A stretch of 64,000 bases of DNA from Candidatus Zixiibacteriota bacterium (lineage in GTDB: Bacteria > Zixibacteria > MSB-5A5 > CAIYYT01): positions 15,232-79,231 of the forward strand of contig JBECKX010000179.1 in assembly GCA_040235515.1 (NCBI GenBank), written 5' to 3'. This document shows, in pieces, positions 28,424 to 36,437 of the stretch. The number at the start of each line of letters is the position of its first letter. Within the stretch, counting starts at the first letter, position 1. Both the position numbers and the translations under genes were made by a program. Below the pieces are notes generated by a model. That model saw only the letters and a program-made list of their open reading frames with translations. It did not search any database and was not told where the DNA came from.

Positions 28424-29962
28424 CTACATCGCCTGATAGACTCTCGCCGTACGCCAGTAGAAGTGACCGATTTCTCCGAATTCGTTGGTAAGGGTCTCCT
28501 TTTTGATCTCTCCGAGCTCGGAGAAGCGGCTTACGACGCCCTTTTCATTCAGACGCCCTTCGGTAAAGCTGATCAACATTGCGGTTCGACCCGCCGCGAT
28601 TCCGGGGGGGGACCATTCCTTCCACATCAAGCCGTTGCCTCCAACGAGGTTTTCGCCGGCAAATTCAGGCAGTGAGTCATCGTCCATAGAATCATAGAAA
28701 CTGGCCTCGCTCACGAGCCAGTATTTATCCAATCCGATGATGAGGGGTTCGGAGCCTGATTGGTGTTCCAGCTCATGCTCGAGGCGTTCGATTCGATCAC
28801 CAAAGGCGCTCCAAGCGATCGGCAGCCTCATGCCGTTCTGCTTGGGAGCACCGGGCATCCCGGCAACCAGATAACTAAATCCGACGAGGAAGAGCAGCAC
28901 CAGCACGGTCGAATAGCCGATCCAGCGCCCACGCAATTTTGCGGTCGAAGCTGCGAGTCCGGAAAGGTTCAGGGTGGAGATTCTGTCGGCGAGCAACGGC
29001 AGCACAGCCAGCCACACCGGGCCGGTCCAATTCAGTTTCGGTTGACCGCGCAGGCTGTGGATAACGAACACCGTTAGCGGCACTGCGGTCAGCAGCAGCA
29101 TAAAGAGAATTCGGCGGCTCTGTTCGGCCCGTTCCTGGCGAATCGCTCGGCGACTTACCCAATAAGATCGGACAATCTGAAGGATGTGATAGAGCGCCAT
29201 AGGAGTGATCAGCACGAAGATACTGCCGATCAGGATGTGAAGCTGAAAATTCAGCTCCCCGCTCCAGCGGCGAGAGCCTTGAAATGCGAAGGAGGCCCAG
29301 TCGTTGTGGTAGTTCCAGATGAGAACCGGCAGGAAGACGATCATCGCCAGAATCAGGGCGATGTATGGCTGCGGCCGCAACAACCAGCGGCGACTCTCCC
29401 GGTCAAGCAGGAGGAACGCCAGGACTGCAGGGACGACCAAACCCATCGTGTATTTCGAGAGTAATCCCAACCCGAGCGAGATGCCCGCCAGATACCAGAC
29501 TGCGGGCCTGGGTCCGAAAATCGCCCGTTCCAGCAGAAAGAGCGTCGCAGCCCAGAAAAGGTAGAATGGGGCATCGGGGGTCATTAAGAATCCGACTGAC
29601 ATGTAGATCGGGAATACGGCCAGCAGAAGCACGACCCATTTGCCTACAGCCTTTCCAAGCATTCGCGCACTGAATCTGAACATGAACCAGGCGAAGGCGA
29701 GCCAGCCCAGGAAGGCGGGCAGCCTGACGGCGAATTCGTTCCTGCCGAGGAGTAGCTCCGAGAGGTAGATCAACCACGCCACCATCGGTGGATGATCGAG
29801 GTAACCGATGCTGAGGTGGTCTGCATAGTTCCAGTAGTAGGCTTCCTCCGGCAACAGGTCGAGGTAGCCGAGAAAGACTAACCTGACAAGCACCGCCAGG
29901 CAGATCAATAGCCAGACGCTGTCGAAACCGAAGCGGCCTATAAAGTTTTCTTTTTTATCCAT
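28424..29962 (-). CDS. ArnT/PMT-family (GT83/GT39-like) membrane glycosyltransferase
   Basis: 512 aa with more than 10 TM helices. The N-terminal conserved loop (LDLLPEEAYYWNYADHLSIGYLDHPPMVAWLIY) is typical of dolichyl/undecaprenyl-phosphate-sugar dependent GT-C transferases. Confidence 0.75.
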   Translation of the reverse strand: MDKKENFIGRFGFDSVWLLICLAVLVRLVFLGYLDLLPEEAYYWNYADHLSIGYLDHPPMVAWLIYLSELLLGRNEFAVRLPAFLGWLAFAWFMFRFSARMLGKAVGKWVVLLLAVFPIYMSVGFLMTPDAPFYLFWAATLFLLERAIFGPRPAVWYLAGISLGLGLLSKYTMGLVVPAVLAFLLLDRESRRWLLRPQPYIALILAMIVFLPVLIWNYHNDWASFAFQGSRRWSGELNFQLHILIGSIFVLITPMALYHILQIVRSYWVSRRAIRQERAEQSRRILFMLLLTAVPLTVFVIHSLRGQPKLNWTGPVWLAVLPLLADRISTLNLSGLAASTAKLRGRWIGYSTVLVLLFLVGFSYLVAGMPGAPKQNGMRLPIAWSAFGDRIERLEHELEHQSGSEPLIIGLDKYWLVSEASFYDSMDDDSLPEFAGENLVGGNGLMWKEWSPPGIAAGRTAMLISFTEGRLNEKGVVSRFSELGEIKKETLTNEFGEIGHFYWRTARVYQAM

Positions 29963-30037
29963 TATAGGTGTAGAATGCGAGTAGACTCGGTCACTGAATA
30001 AAGGATTTACTTGAGTTACTTACCTGTTCACTTAATA

Positions 30038-30125
30038 CGGAGAGGCAGGGATTCGAACCCTGGAACCGTTTGCACGGTTAACGGTTTTCGAGACCGCCGC
30101 ATTCGACCACTCTGCCACCTCTCCG
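30038..30125 (-). tRNA. tRNA-Ser (anticodon CGA), type II with long variable arm
   Basis: Cloverleaf folded by eye: acceptor GGAGAGG/CCTCTCC, anticodon loop CTCGAAA, long variable arm, and T-arm GGTTCGAATCC. No CCA is encoded. Confidence 0.85.
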
Positions 30126-30262
30126 ATATGCTTCTTTCCTGCGCAGACAAGCTCCAATCGGGGTAGAGCTGCTCGCTGCTACAGAATCGGGAATATATAC
30201 GCTTACCCGCTGCTTGGCAACCGATTAGAACGCTCAAATGGGGTTGGGAGATGTTGGAAAAG

Positions 30263-30763
30263 TCAGCGCCTGAAGAGCTGCTCGGCCAGCTCCTCGATCT
30301 CATCGACTTTCGGTTTGAGCAGCATCAGGCCGGCGGGGCAGAAGACGGAGAGTAAGACATAGGTTTCCAGGTCGCCGCCGATCAGGTAGAAGATCAGTCC
30401 GTAGAGCGCCGGGGCAGCCGCGACGGCGAAGATCGGGATGTAGGCACTCGAGAGTTGGCGCGCCAGCGCGCCGGGATGTGGGTCGAATCGTCGGCGGAGG
30501 GCTGCCGGGGTCATCATCCGCTTCTTCAGCACAAAAGCAGCGACCAGATCCATGAGCGCAACGGCGATAAATGCGTAGCCGACGACCTCCAGGTTGGCGC
30601 TCACTGGCGTTGCCAGGAAGTCGAAACTGTTGCGCAGCAACATTGCCAGGAGAAAGAGCAGTACCGGCAAACCAACGCAGATCTGCACACCGAGACGTGC
30701 TACCCGCCCGACAACCCGGTAGGGATCGAGGTGGGTAGGGTTTGAATTGTCACTGTGTTCCAT
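30263..30763 (-). CDS. hypothetical integral membrane protein (4 TM)
   Basis: 166 aa. The hydrophobic segments are separated by short loops. No motif was recognised. Confidence 0.45.
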   Translation of the reverse strand: MEHSDNSNPTHLDPYRVVGRVARLGVQICVGLPVLLFLLAMLLRNSFDFLATPVSANLEVVGYAFIAVALMDLVAAFVLKKRMMTPAALRRRFDPHPGALARQLSSAYIPIFAVAAAPALYGLIFYLIGGDLETYVLLSVFCPAGLMLLKPKVDEIEELAEQLFRR

Positions 30764-30772
30764 TCGTCCGGC

Positions 30773-31276
30773 TTACTTCCCTTCTCTCTGTCGTTTTTCC
30801 CTGACCGCCTGAAAGAAACCGCTGATGAGATCAGCGCATTCCAGTTCGCGCACACCGCGGACAACCTCTACCTGATGATTCAGCCTCGGGTCCTGGACGA
30901 TATTGAACATTGATCCGCACGCTCCGGTTTTCGGATCAGCCGCGCCATAGACGAGTCGCGCCAGGCGCGCGAGCACAATCGCACCGGCACACATCGAACA
31001 GGGTTCAATGGTGACATAGAGTGTAGCGTTTTCCAGGTAGCGCGACTGCAGCTTGCTGCAACCGGCAGTGATCGCGATCATCTCGGCGTGCGCGGTTGGG
31101 TCGTGTAGCTGCTTGTTCTGGTTATAGCCCCTGCCGATGATTTGATTATCAAAAACAACGACAGCTCCCACCGGTACTTCGCCATGCGACTCCGCAATGG
31201 TGGCATCGCGAAGGGCCGCCGCCATGAAGGCCTCATCGATCTCCTTCTGCGTCGCGTCAGGATTGAGATTGATCAT
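30773..31276 (-). CDS. tadA: tRNA adenosine(34) deaminase TadA
   Basis: The CDA-fold zinc motifs HAEMIAI and PCSMCAGAI are present. The sequence aligns with E. coli TadA from EVPVGAVVV onward. The internal ATG (MINLNPD) is preferred over the ORF-track start at 31312. Confidence 0.8.
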   Translation of the reverse strand: MINLNPDATQKEIDEAFMAAALRDATIAESHGEVPVGAVVVFDNQIIGRGYNQNKQLHDPTAHAEMIAITAGCSKLQSRYLENATLYVTIEPCSMCAGAIVLARLARLVYGAADPKTGACGSMFNIVQDPRLNHQVEVVRGVRELECADLISGFFQAVREKRQREGK

Positions 31277-31420
31277 ACGACGGAAGGTACGAGGAATGGT
31301 GTGCAAACACAACAGCTATGGGGCAGTCAGTGGAACTAACAGGCGTGCGCGTCAGGCTGCATCATTCCAAATGATGTCTCCTTCGGTATCCTTGAAACAC
31401 CCCCAGCCAACCGGTGACAT

Positions 31421-32215
31421 TCAGATTATGAGTTGGCCTCTCATCGTGATTACGGCATCCCCACCGATGAGACAGCGATCATTCTCCAGCTTGAGATGAA
31501 ACTCGCCACCGCGCTGTGATGCCTGCAGAGTGTGAAATTCGGACTTGTTCAGCTTCTTGCTCCAGTAGTCTATCAGTGCACACTGGGCCGACCCGGTCGC
31601 GGGATCTTCATTGATACGGATTCGCGGTGCGAAGTAGCGCGAGATGAAATCGTGACCGTCGCCGGCGCAGGCGGTAAGGCAGACGCCCCAGTAGTCAAGC
31701 TTGCCAAAGTAGGCAAAATCGGGAGTGGCCCGGCGAAGTGCGTCGGCAGAAGAGACCTCGACTACCAGCTTTCCCTTACCCTGAGTCTCAGCCGCCGCTA
31801 CGGCATCCAGGCCGGTAGCCTCACCAAAACCGGCGGGGATTGCTGTTTCGCTCAACCGGAGTACGGGGAAATCCATCAACAGCCGTTGGCCGTCACGCTT
31901 GACCTTGAGCGTTCCGGAGAATTTCGTGTAAAACTCGATTTCAGCATCCGGTCGAACGTGCCCGTCTTCGAACAGCACGTGCGCTGAGGCGAGGGTTGCG
32001 TGCCCGCACAATTGGACCTCGGCGCCGGGGGTGAACCAGCGGAGGTTGTAGCCATCTCTATCGGGATAGAGAAATGCGGTCTCCGACAAGTTCATTTCGA
32101 GCGCGACCTGCTGCATCCAGGTATCATCAGCGGCGTTTTTCATGAGACACACCGCGGCGGGATTGCCGCAAAATGGCGTCTTCGTGAATGCATCAACCTG
32201 TATAATTTCCTGCAT
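31421..32215 (-). CDS. PhzF family phenazine-biosynthesis-like isomerase
   Basis: 264 aa. The N-terminus (QVDAFTKTPFCGNPAAV) is the PhzF/DAP-epimerase-like fold signature. Confidence 0.75.
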   Translation of the reverse strand: MQEIIQVDAFTKTPFCGNPAAVCLMKNAADDTWMQQVALEMNLSETAFLYPDRDGYNLRWFTPGAEVQLCGHATLASAHVLFEDGHVRPDAEIEFYTKFSGTLKVKRDGQRLLMDFPVLRLSETAIPAGFGEATGLDAVAAAETQGKGKLVVEVSSADALRRATPDFAYFGKLDYWGVCLTACAGDGHDFISRYFAPRIRINEDPATGSAQCALIDYWSKKLNKSEFHTLQASQRGGEFHLKLENDRCLIGGDAVITMRGQLII

Positions 32216-32488
32216 AATCGAGAATCCTGTGAGACGTTTCGGATTGGCGCCACCTGCGTGGAACCGGACTACTAGAGAGTGTTACGCAGCCACGCCGCTG
32301 AAGGTTGTCGTTAGCGGGGCTCACGATCTGAGTTTGCACCCGGGAGGTGGCGTTAGAAAACCAGCAGGATGGCGGCTAAGAGCGTAGAATAATCATTAAC
32401 TCTAACCCATCCCACGTCTGGAGCATGTGTCGATCGAATCAGGTTTCGTCAACGATCATGCTTCCCGTGTTCAGGAAGGACTTCTTGG

Positions 32489-33220
32489 ATGATTGGAATC
32501 AAACCTCGATTGAACTCGCCATTTAGAACCGGTCTGCTTGCAGCCGTATTCAGTTTCCTGATCGCTGCGACAGCAGTTGCGCAGGTGACACCGGCAGACG
32601 GCGAAGGCAAGCCAGGCTCGGTAGATAGACGGATAGCGCCCTCTGCGGATCAGATTCAGCCGCTGCTGATTGGTGCGACTGTACCCTCGGTGCAGGTGGT
32701 AACGGCGGATGGAGAAGCGGTTGATCTGAAGGAGATAGTATCCGGGCAGCCAACGATCCTGATCTTCTATCGCGGAGGTTGGTGACCATACTGCAACTCG
32801 CAGTTGGGTCAACTGCAAGAGATTGAGCCGCAGCTAATTGAGCTTGGCTACCAGATTGTCGCGGTCAGCGCCGACCGCCCTGCGAAGATACGTGAGACGC
32901 TGGCGAAGAGCGAGTTCCGGTACAAGCTCTACTCGGACAGTGCGGCGAATGCGACATCGGCCTTCGGAATAGCGTTCCGGGTCGAGGAGGACTATGTCGA
33001 GCGGGTGAAGGCGTTCGATATTGATATCGAAGGTGCTGCCGGCAACAAGAATCATATCCTGCCGGTACCAGCCGTCTTCATCCTGGACGATACAGGTTTG
33101 ATAAAATTCGAGTATGTAAATCCCAGATACCAGGTTCGCATCCATCCTGAGGTTCTGCTGGCTGCCGCAACGGCTGAAGCCCGGCAGTGGTCAAAGGAGA
33201 AGTCGAAGGAGAAGAAGTAG
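32489..33220 (+). CDS. secreted peroxiredoxin-like/thioredoxin-fold selenoprotein with in-frame UGA (Sec) at 32783-32785, redox motif W-U-P-Y-C
   Basis: ORFs 32489..32785 and 32804..33220 share one frame and are separated only by a TGA. Read through, the sequence is FYRGGW-U-PYCNSQLGQL, which matches the F(Y)RGxWCPxC motif of Prx-like redoxins with Sec in place of the first Cys. It has an N-terminal signal peptide. A 7-bp stem/3-nt loop hairpin begins 14 nt downstream of the UGA. The second ORF's start is only a TTG artefact. Confidence 0.75.
32800..32816 (+). promoter_or_regulatory. candidate bacterial SECIS hairpin (GCAGTTG-GGT-CAACTGC) downstream of the in-frame UGA
   Basis: The arms are perfect inverted repeats with a 3-nt G-rich loop, 14 nt after the UGA. 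The position fits a bacterial SECIS. Confidence 0.45.
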
Positions 33221-33400
33221 GCTACATCAGGTTGATCCGGCGCGGAGAGTCTTTTTCGCGAACGGCACATAGGCAAAGGGGTTGATTGTCGCAACAAAGG
33301 GGCGCGTTTATCGTAATTTAGAGATATAAGAAGATCATAATATTGGAAAAGCTCCATCTTCTTGCCGATGAGATCGAGACGATTTTGCGGCAGATGTGAA

Positions 33401-34135
33401 ATGGCGGCTTTGGGAGGTTGCGCTTTGAATATCAAGAAGGCTGGAATACTCCTGATCGCATTAGGTTTGTTGGCGCTTGTCGTTGTGCCGGCGATTGCCC
33501 ACGATGCCGACGGTCGGGAGCACAGACATTATTCGACAGATCGCCAGGTGGCAATCCAGCGAATGGTTGACCGCCAGGTTGACACGCGAGTGCATCGTGA
33601 CGGCGGAATCCGCTTCAACTGTGGCTACGACAGTGAACTTGGGGATATCGGATTGCATTTCGGCATCGGTGACGACGACAACTCACGCGTCTACTTCCGT
33701 GGCAATGAAGATCTGGTGATCAGGAATTACGATAAGGGCCCCCGCCGCATGACAATCACACCGCAATACGAATTGCTCGTCAACGGCGATCCGGTCACTC
33801 TTGATGCGGAGCAGAAGGAGCTTGTGGCGGACTTTTACAATACCGCGCACAAAATCCGTTCGAAGTCGGTAAGAATTGGTATTGAGGGCGCCAGAATCGG
33901 TGTGCGAGGCGCCAAGCTGGGAATTCGTGCCGCCGCCGGGGCGTTCCGGATGTTGCTCACTGATTATACCGAGGAGGAGTTCGAGCGCGACATCGAGCGC
34001 GAGGCCGACAAGCTCGAAGCGCAGGCTGAACCGCTTGAGCAGATGGGTGAGGAGGTCGACCGACTCGCGGAGCGGCTTGAGCGTCTGTATGATAAGATGG
34101 TGCGCAAGATACCGGAGATCAGCGAGAGTATTTAG
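33401..34135 (+). CDS. hypothetical secreted/membrane-anchored protein with C-terminal coiled coil
   Basis: The N-terminal hydrophobic segment is ILLIALGLLALVVVPAIA. The C-terminal segment is charged and heptad-like. The start is taken at the MAALGG ATG. Confidence 0.4.
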   Translation: MAALGGCALNIKKAGILLIALGLLALVVVPAIAHDADGREHRHYSTDRQVAIQRMVDRQVDTRVHRDGGIRFNCGYDSELGDIGLHFGIGDDDNSRVYFRGNEDLVIRNYDKGPRRMTITPQYELLVNGDPVTLDAEQKELVADFYNTAHKIRSKSVRIGIEGARIGVRGAKLGIRAAAGAFRMLLTDYTEEEFERDIEREADKLEAQAEPLEQMGEEVDRLAERLERLYDKMVRKIPEISESI

Positions 34136-34358
34136 CTGCCGGAGTGTTTCGGGAGTAGATAGATAAGAATTCACTGCCTTATGCGAGGCTGTCACCAAAA
34201 ATCCCTCGCGAATGGCGGGCGGGGTGACACCCTGCCGGTTGCTTTGCGACGAAAAAGATTGTTCATGCGGGAGTAAGCATGACAACCCAGAGCAGCCGAT
34301 GGGCGGGTCGAAAGGCCCGCCTTTTTTTGTTTGAACTATCGCTTTTCCGTGGAGTTGG

Positions 34359-34946
34359 TCATGACTTACGGGCGATCAACTGGATCACTGCTGCGGTACC
34401 GCTGTGGTGGCGGCCCTCGTTGACTTCACGTTCCAGCTCCTCCGCGTGTTCGATTGCCAGCCCCTTAAAATCGGACATGGCTTCCGTGAGGCTGTAGAGC
34501 ATGGTGGGGTCCTTGGGCCCACCGGTGTTATACTTGAGTTGAGCGGTGGTGAAGAACTCGAGCAGAAAGACGCCGTTCGGGGCAAGACCCCGGATAGAGT
34601 CGGCAAAGACCCGGCTGCGGAGATCGCGCGGGAGGTGACAGAAGATGGCGACAATGCCGTCCCAGGCGCCCGGTTCGATTTTGAATTCGGCAAGATTGGC
34701 CTCGATCGTTTCAATCTCGACACCTTTCTCCTCAGCCAGTCTGCGTGCCTTCTTCAGACCGACGCCAGACTGGTCCACCGCAGTCACCTGATAGCCTTTG
34801 ATTGCGAGAAACACACCGTTGCGCCCTTCACCGGCGCCGATTTCTAGCACGCGGCCTTTGGGGATTTTGTTGAAATGTGCGGCCAGGAACTGATTCGGTT
34901 CGGTGCCGTAAACATACTCAGGATTGGAATAGCGTTCGTCCCACAT
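34359..34946 (-). CDS. class I SAM-dependent methyltransferase (TehB-like)
   Basis: 195 aa. Motif I reads VLEIGAGEGRNGVFLA, with an acidic residue after beta-2 (VTAVDQS). Confidence 0.7.
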   Translation of the reverse strand: MWDERYSNPEYVYGTEPNQFLAAHFNKIPKGRVLEIGAGEGRNGVFLAIKGYQVTAVDQSGVGLKKARRLAEEKGVEIETIEANLAEFKIEPGAWDGIVAIFCHLPRDLRSRVFADSIRGLAPNGVFLLEFFTTAQLKYNTGGPKDPTMLYSLTEAMSDFKGLAIEHAEELEREVNEGRHHSGTAAVIQLIARKS

Positions 34947-34957
34947 GGTCTAGATGA

Positions 34958-36169
34958 TTACTCCTTCAGCCTGCTCCGCACTTTGATTTCGCCGTGGAGG
35001 GTGCGATGAACCGGGCACATGTCGGCTATCTCGAGCAGGCGGTCGCGCTGACCGGCATCAAGATCACCAGTGACTTCAATGACGCGCGTGATCTCATCCA
35101 CCTTGCCTTTCCTGTTCTCGCAATCCTCACACTCCTCCGCATGGATCTTGTTGTGATCGAGGTGCACCGTGACCTTATCGACGGGCCATTGCTTGCGGTC
35201 GGCATACATTCGGATCGTCATCGCAGTACAGGTGCCGAGCGCGGCATTGAGGTACTCATAGGGTGACGGACCGAAGTCATTGCCGCCATACTTCTGCGGT
35301 TCATCCGCGATCAGTCGGTGCTTGCCGATCTGGACTTTGGTGGTGTAGTGATCGGTTCCGATCTCGCAGACTACATCATGGTCCGTCTCGAGCTGCCACG
35401 GTTCCGGCCTGCCGACATAACGCGCGGCCCACGCGCCAATTACATGGCCGACATAGAAGGAATCGCTACGGCGTTTGATCAGATGGTCGGCGCCATCGAG
35501 GCTGATGTATGACTTGTTTTGCTGTGCTGCTTTGAAGATGCGGGTGGCATTGTCGATCGAGACGACTTCATCATCGGGCGAGTGAATCACGAGCAGAGCC
35601 GCGTTGAGGTTGCGAATTGCTTCGTTGCTCTCGATAGAGGCGACATCATCCATGAACTGCCGGGTGATGGTGAATTCGCGTCCGGCGATATTGACGGTCG
35701 CTTTGCCATCCTCCGAGAAACCGGCGATCTTCGATGAGAGCAACCTGCCAACATGCTCCGGCGAATGCGGTGCGGCGATCGTCGCTACGGCCCGCACGGA
35801 GGAAATCCTGCCACCGGCTATCAGCACCGCCGCCCCGCCGAGAGAATGACCGAGCAGCAGTTTAGGTGCGTCGTATTCCGATTCGAGGAAGTCGGCGGCG
35901 GATACCAGATCCTCCACATTCGAGGAGAAGTTGGTGTCCTGAAAATCCCCCTCACTCTCACCGATACCGGTAAAATCAAAGCGCAAAACCGCGAAGCCGT
36001 GAGCGCAGAGTGAAGACGCTATATTGTAGATCGTGCTGTGATCTTTACCGCAGGTAAAACAATGGGCGAAGATGGCGTAGCTGTGTGGCGGCTGATCGGT
36101 GGGAAACTGCAGCCAGGCCGCGAGCTGTGCACCACCCTGATTTTGGAACGATACTTTTGTGACTCTCAT
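34958..36169 (-). CDS. bifunctional alpha/beta hydrolase / OsmC-family protein
   Basis: 403 aa. The N-terminal alpha/beta hydrolase has a GHSLGG nucleophile elbow. The C-terminal ~140 aa are OsmC/Ohr-like, ending CPVHRTL. Confidence 0.7.
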   Translation of the reverse strand: MRVTKVSFQNQGGAQLAAWLQFPTDQPPHSYAIFAHCFTCGKDHSTIYNIASSLCAHGFAVLRFDFTGIGESEGDFQDTNFSSNVEDLVSAADFLESEYDAPKLLLGHSLGGAAVLIAGGRISSVRAVATIAAPHSPEHVGRLLSSKIAGFSEDGKATVNIAGREFTITRQFMDDVASIESNEAIRNLNAALLVIHSPDDEVVSIDNATRIFKAAQQNKSYISLDGADHLIKRRSDSFYVGHVIGAWAARYVGRPEPWQLETDHDVVCEIGTDHYTTKVQIGKHRLIADEPQKYGGNDFGPSPYEYLNAALGTCTAMTIRMYADRKQWPVDKVTVHLDHNKIHAEECEDCENRKGKVDEITRVIEVTGDLDAGQRDRLLEIADMCPVHRTLHGEIKVRSRLKE

Positions 36170-36437
36170 AATCTCTCCCTGAGGAAAATAGCCTTAACAG
36201 GAGATGGTTCGTTCATACGGGAAAATAGCGTTCGAAACGGCTCTGGCAATCGGGTTTCGCAGCGTTGAGCAGATATTCGGCTACCTGATTTGATCTTGAC
36301 GAATCACCGGAACTTGTTTTATTTGAATATGTTGACCGAATTACCCGATGTAGAATACTCATACTCTTTTCTCTAATCATTTTCAGATTCGCTGCCTGTG
36401 AAGACACGAGGATGTAACCCCCGCCTACCGAGCTAAG

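Noticed and set aside
30028-30303. 91-aa ORF overlapping tRNA-Ser(CGA)
   Set aside because: It is superseded by the tRNA cloverleaf. The ORF is an artefact.
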